DNA of 64,000 nucleotides from the NCBI GenBank assembly GCA_937890985.1, contig CALAEM010000118.1:1824-65823 (forward strand), written 5' to 3'. This DNA comes from an uncultured Treponema sp. GTDB taxonomy: Bacteria > Spirochaetota > Spirochaetia > Treponematales > Treponemataceae. Under the pieces are notes generated by a model. The model was not told the origin of the DNA and searched no databases. It saw only the letters and a program-made list of their open reading frames with translations. The position numbers and the translations under genes are program-made. Numbering within the stretch: the first letter of the stretch is position 1; each line of letters begins with the position of its first letter. Positions 59,320-64,000 of the stretch are shown here, piece after piece.

Positions 59320-60087
59320 ATGTTTTTAGATAATTATCCTTGCACGACATCCCGCTTTGGGCATTCGTTGGTGTTTAGAGGTTTGAGCACGGCTCCAGCT
59401 GTGTTATTGCTGCACGGTTTTATGAGTTCGCCGTACTCGTTGACTTGGCTTGGGAAGCAGTTGAATGATGCTGGTTACACGGTGTACATTCCTCGTTTTC
59501 CTGGGCATGGAACCAATGCGAAAGATTTTCTGGCGAGTACTTGGAAAGATTGGCTTCGCTGTGTTTGCGATGCGTACATTGATATTTCGTCGAGGCACGA
59601 ACAAGTATTTGTGGCGGGACACGCAATGGGCGGTTTGCTTGCGGGGCTGATTGCGGCACGCTTTAATCCAGAAAAACTTATTTTGTTTGCACCAACGTTT
59701 ATGACCACAGATAAGCGGATTATGCTTGCCCCGCTCGCACGGTTTTTTGTAAAAACTGTGCCGGTGAATCAACTTTATATTTGCGATGAGCCTGATTTTA
59801 AAAAGGCTCAATCGGATTATCTAAACGGTGTGTACGTTGCAAAATTAGTCGATTTACTCAAATTGATGAAACTTGCAAAAAAAAATCTGGAGTACGTAAA
59901 AGCGGAAACCTTGATTGTGCTATCAAAGCAAGATACAATTGTACCTTTCAAGGTTCACGATTTACTTCACGAAAAAATTAAAGCTCCGCACGATTATTTT
60001 ATCGTAAATGAAAGTTCGCATACGCTGTTTGATGATGCAGAACGTGAAAAGATTGCGAAGCGAGTTATTGAATTTTTGAAAGCATAA
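59320..60087 (+). CDS. Alpha/beta hydrolase (carboxylesterase-like)
   Basis: 255 aa. LLLHGF, nucleophile elbow GHAMGG, and a C-terminal SSHTLF. Confidence 0.7.
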   Translation: MFLDNYPCTTSRFGHSLVFRGLSTAPAVLLLHGFMSSPYSLTWLGKQLNDAGYTVYIPRFPGHGTNAKDFLASTWKDWLRCVCDAYIDISSRHEQVFVAGHAMGGLLAGLIAARFNPEKLILFAPTFMTTDKRIMLAPLARFFVKTVPVNQLYICDEPDFKKAQSDYLNGVYVAKLVDLLKLMKLAKKNLEYVKAETLIVLSKQDTIVPFKVHDLLHEKIKAPHDYFIVNESSHTLFDDAEREKIAKRVIEFLKA

Positions 60088-60125
60088 AAAATTTGCATTT
60101 GTTGAATGCAGAAATAGGAGTTTTT

Positions 60126-61154
60126 ATGGATTTACGTTATACGGTTGATTTTGGAAAGAAGTTGCTGGCTATTCATAGCCCTACTGGTTATACCGATAAG
60201 GCAATAGACCTTTTGGAAGCCGAGTTCAAAAAGTTCGGCGTGCCTTGCAAACGAACTGTCAAGGGTGCTATTTGTGCAACGCTTGAAGGTGCGGACACCT
60301 CAAAGTCGCGAGTTGTTAGTGCTCACACCGACACTCTTGGTGCGATGGTTCGCGAGATTAAAAGCAACGGTTGGCTCAAGCTGATGAATATCGGTGGTTT
60401 CCCGATGACCAATATTGAAGGCGAAAACCTTTTTGTAATTACGCGTGATGGCAAAATGATAAGTGGTACTGGTTTACCGACAAAAGCTTCCGTTCATATT
60501 TTTGACGATGTCGGAAAAAATGAACGCTCACTCGATGAGTTTGAAATGCGTTTGGATATTGTAACTTCATCTAAAGAAGAAACAAAAAAGGCTGGAGTCA
60601 ACGTCGGAGATTTTGTTGTGTTTGATCCGCGAACAGTTGAAACAGAAAGCGGTTTTTTGAAATCACGCTTTTTGGATGATAAAATCAGCGTTGCAATTTT
60701 AATGGGCGTGCTGAAAGAGCTTACGGAAAGCAAGAAAAAGCCCGCGTATACGACGCACTTTTTTATCAGTAACTACGAGGAAGTCGGACACGGTTTGAGC
60801 GGTATTCCGCATGATGTGTTTGAGGTTCTGGCGGTTGACATTGGAACGGTGGGCGGCGGTCAGGCATCACGAGAGCAGGCTGTTACGATTATGGCAAAAG
60901 ACGGGGCGACGCCGTATGATTACCACTTGCGCAAAAAGCTGGAAGACCTCGCGATTGCAAATGGTATCGCGTATGAAACTGACGTGATGCATCATTATGG
61001 CTCGGATGCAACTGCGTTTATCAGAACGAGTCGCGATGTGCGATTTGGCTGTATGGGGCCAGGCGTTCACGCAACGCATCACTACGAGCGAACACACTTG
61101 GATGCAATCGAAAATACGCAAAAGCTAGTCGAAGCCTACCTTTTCTCGAAATAA
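60126..61154 (+). CDS. M42 family metallopeptidase (glutamyl aminopeptidase / FrvX-like)
   Basis: The start was moved to MDLRYTVDF. SPTGY, SAHTDTLG, FLDDKISVA, EEVGHG and a C-terminal HHYER. Confidence 0.75.
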   Translation: MDLRYTVDFGKKLLAIHSPTGYTDKAIDLLEAEFKKFGVPCKRTVKGAICATLEGADTSKSRVVSAHTDTLGAMVREIKSNGWLKLMNIGGFPMTNIEGENLFVITRDGKMISGTGLPTKASVHIFDDVGKNERSLDEFEMRLDIVTSSKEETKKAGVNVGDFVVFDPRTVETESGFLKSRFLDDKISVAILMGVLKELTESKKKPAYTTHFFISNYEEVGHGLSGIPHDVFEVLAVDIGTVGGGQASREQAVTIMAKDGATPYDYHLRKKLEDLAIANGIAYETDVMHHYGSDATAFIRTSRDVRFGCMGPGVHATHHYERTHLDAIENTQKLVEAYLFSK

Positions 61155-61185
61155 CCAGCTTTTTTGCTGTAGAGCGATAACAAAC

Positions 61186-61255
61186 ACTGGATATACATCC
61201 GCTTTAACCTGGCATTGCAGACAAGCTGCAAATGCAGGTTAAGCGGTAGTTAGGT
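61186..61255 (+). repeat. attC-like imperfect palindrome ending in GTTAGGT (no clear RYYYAAC partner)
   Basis: Arms TCCGCTTTAACCTGGCATTGCAG (61198-61220) and CTGCAAATGCAGGTTAAGCGG (61226-61246), then TA, then GTTAGGT (61249-61255, which fits GTTRRRY). It lies 33 nt upstream of the 61288 ORF. Confidence 0.4.
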
Positions 61256-61287
61256 GGACACGCCACTGGCGTGCTAGGAGAAAAAAT

Positions 61288-62046
61288 ATGAATAAGATTA
61301 TCGAAGACTGTATAGAAAAGGTCGTTGAAATTTTTAAGCAATTTCCAAATGAACCTGCATGGACTTTCAACACTGCCGGTTTAAAAGAAATCATTTCCGA
61401 AGATCATTTCGGTTCGATTGAAAAGCAACGCACACCTTACGAGAAAAATATTCAGTTAAAAGAGATCTTGCAACAATATTTTTGTTCGGATAACGGCGGA
61501 GATAATAACAAAAATAAAAACCTTGCTAAATGGATTGTAAAGGATTGGGGTGGGATCTCTTCTATAAAAGACTTTGGACCAATCTTCAATGATATTAAAC
61601 TTTTCTATAGTGATAAGGATAAACTTGAAAATATAAAACTTCCAGATGCAGTTTCTTCCCGTTCGAAAGTTCTTTCTTTTTTAAGTCCGCAAGAATATGT
61701 TATTTGTGATTCTCGAAATATATTTGCGCTTAACTGGATGTTTTATTTTGCACAGTACGATAAAGATAAAATACATCTTTTTAAACCATTGCCTGCTAGA
61801 AATACGACAATTCCAAAATATAGTATTCAAACAATTGCAAACATAGTTTTTGAAAAAGAAATAGAGTATTCTTTTGTCAAATACTCCGATTTTTGCGATA
61901 CGATAAAAGAGATTACAAAAAAACTCAAATGTAACGCAATCTATAAAACAGAAATGAAGTTATTCTCAATTTCAGTTGATGAAAATCAAGGCATACCTTT
62001 TTATGTCAAAAAAAGAGTAAAGGAAATGTTAGGAAAAAATAAATAA
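61288..62046 (+). CDS. Hypothetical protein (252 aa) in the AT-rich islet
   Basis: Clean ORF with AGGAG upstream. The segment SSRSKVLSFLSPQEYVICDSRN reminds me of OGG-fold / DNA-glycosylase-like proteins. This is a recollection only. Confidence 0.5.
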   Translation: MNKIIEDCIEKVVEIFKQFPNEPAWTFNTAGLKEIISEDHFGSIEKQRTPYEKNIQLKEILQQYFCSDNGGDNNKNKNLAKWIVKDWGGISSIKDFGPIFNDIKLFYSDKDKLENIKLPDAVSSRSKVLSFLSPQEYVICDSRNIFALNWMFYFAQYDKDKIHLFKPLPARNTTIPKYSIQTIANIVFEKEIEYSFVKYSDFCDTIKEITKKLKCNAIYKTEMKLFSISVDENQGIPFYVKKRVKEMLGKNK

Positions 62047-62175
62047 AACTCTTGGGGAAAATAGAAGTTTACAATGAAAACAAAAAAACGATTCAGTCTC
62101 AAGACGCGATGATGAGCAAACTTTGGAACGAGACGGTTCGTTATCGATAAGGATAAGCGGCTTCATATATAAAGT

Positions 62176-62218
62176 AAAAAAGCCTTCTAAAAAAGGAAGT
62201 TTTTAGAAGGCTTTTTTT
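62176..62218. terminator. Bidirectional rho-independent terminator
   Basis: A-run, GCCTTCTAAAAA-AGGAAG-TTTTTAGAAGGC, T-run. It sits between the convergent ORFs ending at 62046 and 62250. Confidence 0.8.
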
Positions 62219-62249
62219 ATATGAGTCAAATGTGCGAAAAACGTGAATA

Positions 62250-62867
62250 CTAAAAGCTGTACCGTAAACCGAGACCGCCACGGGCATAATAGCTCGCACC
62301 GGCAATAACTTTATTGTAATATTCAGGTTTACACATATTTACCGCTATACCGACCGGGCTCAGTTCCAAGTAGAGGTTAAAGGGGACTTTGAATTGAAAT
62401 TCAAAACGGAGCGGCAGTGAAATATTAAAACCGCCTGCAAGCACGCTGGTAGTACCATAATTAATAGTACCTGCGTTGAAAGTAGCAGCAGGAGAAGGGG
62501 GACAATTTACCGAACCGATAGTAAACCCTAAACTGGGACCGAGTGAAAATTTACCGGTAACGGTACCGACCGGTCCGCTCCATACTTTAAAAAGCGGTGT
62601 CACCTGTGCGGTAAACCCGAAACCGGTGGCAGCAAACGACCTTTGGACGCTAACTCCACCCAGATCATAGGTATAGCCTTTACTATTGTAGATGGCTATA
62701 TCATCAAGACCGGCAAGGATATCAATTTCAATCGAATCCGAAACCTGACGCGAGTAGTTAAAAGCGAACGGCCAGCCGATATTTGCTCCAATTTTGTTTT
62801 TAGGTTCCGCAAACACGCTCCCTAAAAGAATTGCCGAAAAAGCAAACATCATAAGAAACTTTTTCAT
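62250..62867 (-). CDS. Small outer-membrane beta-barrel protein (OmpX/OmpW-size)
   Basis: 205 aa. Signal peptide MKKFLMMFAFSAILLGSVFA. Alternating beta-strand pattern and C-terminus GLGLRYSF. Confidence 0.6.
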   Translation of the reverse strand: MKKFLMMFAFSAILLGSVFAEPKNKIGANIGWPFAFNYSRQVSDSIEIDILAGLDDIAIYNSKGYTYDLGGVSVQRSFAATGFGFTAQVTPLFKVWSGPVGTVTGKFSLGPSLGFTIGSVNCPPSPAATFNAGTINYGTTSVLAGGFNISLPLRFEFQFKVPFNLYLELSPVGIAVNMCKPEYYNKVIAGASYYARGGLGLRYSF

Positions 62868-63049
62868 AACGATTCCTCCTGTAATGAAAAAAAACTGCCT
62901 TTAGTTGTAGCGATAATTAATAAATTGTCAATGAGTAAAATCGGAAAAATTGAAAAATTTTTGCTTTTATTTGCTCTCTCAATTTAAAAAGTTACAAAAA
63001 AGTTGATTTTTTTTTGTTTTTTCACTAGACAAAGTCTCACGTTTTATGA

Positions 63050-63181
63050 TACAATGATGAAACTAAGAAAACTAGCGAGATAAAAGAATTGCTTGAAACA
63101 GCTGGTTTTACAAACGAAGCAAAACTAAAAAACGAACTGGGAGAGAACCATGATGTTTCTTATTACTCAATCGTTTTATAA
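63050..63181 (+). pseudogene. C-terminal remnant resembling a GNAT acetyltransferase
   Basis: An open frame with no start codon reads ..IKELLETAGFTNEAKLKNELGENHDVSYYSIVL, then a stop. This resembles the last strands of a GNAT fold. Confidence 0.3.
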
Positions 63182-63205
63182 TTTATAATAAGCTGGAGGT
63201 GCTTT

Positions 63206-63604
63206 ATGGGAAGTCTTTTAACTCTTTTTGTTTACCTTTGGGGTGCGGTGATAATTTTTTTTATAGGTTTGCTTGTATATAGGTCTAAGGCTTATGATTT
63301 AATTGCAGGTTATAATACAATGTCTGCAGAAGAAAAATCAAATTACGATATTGAATCTACGGCAAAACGTATGTGGATATTTTCATGTATTTTAACACCA
63401 ATTACGATTCTAGCTGGAGTACTTGAGTATTTTATGGCAACAGGGAAATATATTTCCCTAGTATACCTAATTATACTATTTAGTGCGATTAATATTTTAG
63501 TTATTAGTGAGAATAGACAACGATGGACAAGCAAAGTAACTATTTTTATGATACTGTTTAATATTTTTGTAGTTGCAATTATTGTTTTATCGTTTTTTTA
63601 CTAA
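63206..63604 (+). CDS. DUF3784-like small membrane protein
   Basis: 132 aa, 4 TM helices. The motif LIAGYNTMSAEEKSNYD matches what I recall of DUF3784. GGAGG lies upstream. Confidence 0.6.
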   Translation: MGSLLTLFVYLWGAVIIFFIGLLVYRSKAYDLIAGYNTMSAEEKSNYDIESTAKRMWIFSCILTPITILAGVLEYFMATGKYISLVYLIILFSAINILVISENRQRWTSKVTIFMILFNIFVVAIIVLSFFY

Positions 63605-63775
63605 GGTGAATCCGCTTGACCGTTACGTGAAATGAATTTATTACATAAAATATTGTAATAAACTTAAGAAAGATTTTTAAAGATAAAAAACAATATCAAA
63701 ATGAGACAAATTTGCTTATTCTAGAAGAAATTATGATAAAACGCTAAAAATTTGTATTATAATTTGAAATATTAA

Positions 63776-63865
63776 AGACTGAATTATTGTGAATATGTTC
63801 GGATTTCAATATTAGAGAAGATAGCGGATGTTTTTGGAAGACAGTTAAAGATTTCAATGATGTAA
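63776..63865 (+). pseudogene. C-terminal remnant of an XRE-type HTH (antitoxin-like) gene
   Basis: An open frame with no start codon reads ..YVRISILEKIADVFGRQLKISMM, then a stop. This is typical of the end of an XRE helix-turn-helix domain. It lies directly upstream of the attC-like site. Confidence 0.3.
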
Positions 63866-63872
63866 AGAAAAT

Positions 63873-63997
63873 ATCTAACACCAGCTCTCAACCTGACATT
63901 GCCTTTCCTCCTGCTATAATCAAAGTGTCAGGTGCCAGCTTTGCCTTACGCTTCGCTTGAGGCAAAGGCAGAAATGCAGGTTAAGCGAATGTTAGAT
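63873..63997 (+). repeat. attC-like site (125 bp) with canonical inverse-core and core motifs
   Basis: ATCTAAC (63873-63879, fits RYYYAAC) and GTTAGAT (63991-63997, fits GTTRRRY). Bulged arms ACCAGCTCTCAACCTGACATTGCCTTTCC and GGCAAAGGCAGAAATGCAGGTTAAGCGAAT. A variable centre of about 52 nt. Confidence 0.55.
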
Positions 63998-64000
63998 TGA

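Overview
This 64 kb window is a bacterial chromosomal segment. Gene content and order suggest a Treponema-like spirochaete, but that is a recollection-based guess, not a search result. The clues are an S10-spc-alpha ribosomal cluster in which secY is followed directly by rpmJ (no adk, map or infA), plus bactofilin, CheW, glycine reductase component C, an ankyrin lipoprotein and several signal-peptide beta-barrel proteins.

The core is tuf plus 29 ribosomal-protein, secY and rpoA genes on the minus strand (21.2-35.5 kb). Housekeeping genes flank it: hutU, a P1B-type ATPase operon, grdCD, mtaB, truA, pgeF, a tRNA-Glu/tRNA-Gln pair, queA, ahpC, pepA, prs, recN, nadK, cheW, guaA, two solute-binding proteins and two peptidases or hydrolases.

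Four things are not explained by ordinary gene annotation:
1. At least 10-11 copies of an intergenic repeat family. Its boxes are conserved, but they frame hypervariable perfect palindromes that appear to grow by nested insertion at the hairpin apex. Two copies are expanded into multi-hairpin arrays (16.06-16.30 kb and 55.52-55.75 kb).
2. Two attC-like imperfect palindromes. The one at 63873-63997 has canonical RYYYAAC and GTTRRRY ends. They bracket an AT-rich islet (61.2-64.0 kb) holding orphan ORFs and gene remnants, which could be an integron cassette array with no integrase in view.
3. An apparent frameshift splitting the essential rpsE gene, and a disrupted glycosyltransferase gene.
4. 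Several under-characterised modules: an SCA-motif P-type ATPase with Cys-less HMA-like partners, a CXXC micro-protein with a polyferredoxin and an Mrp ATPase, and a lipoprotein with about 26 ankyrin repeats.

All product calls rest on motif and synteny recognition by eye. No searches were run. Start codons were refined by hand where a Shine-Dalgarno (SD) site or a signal peptide made that possible.
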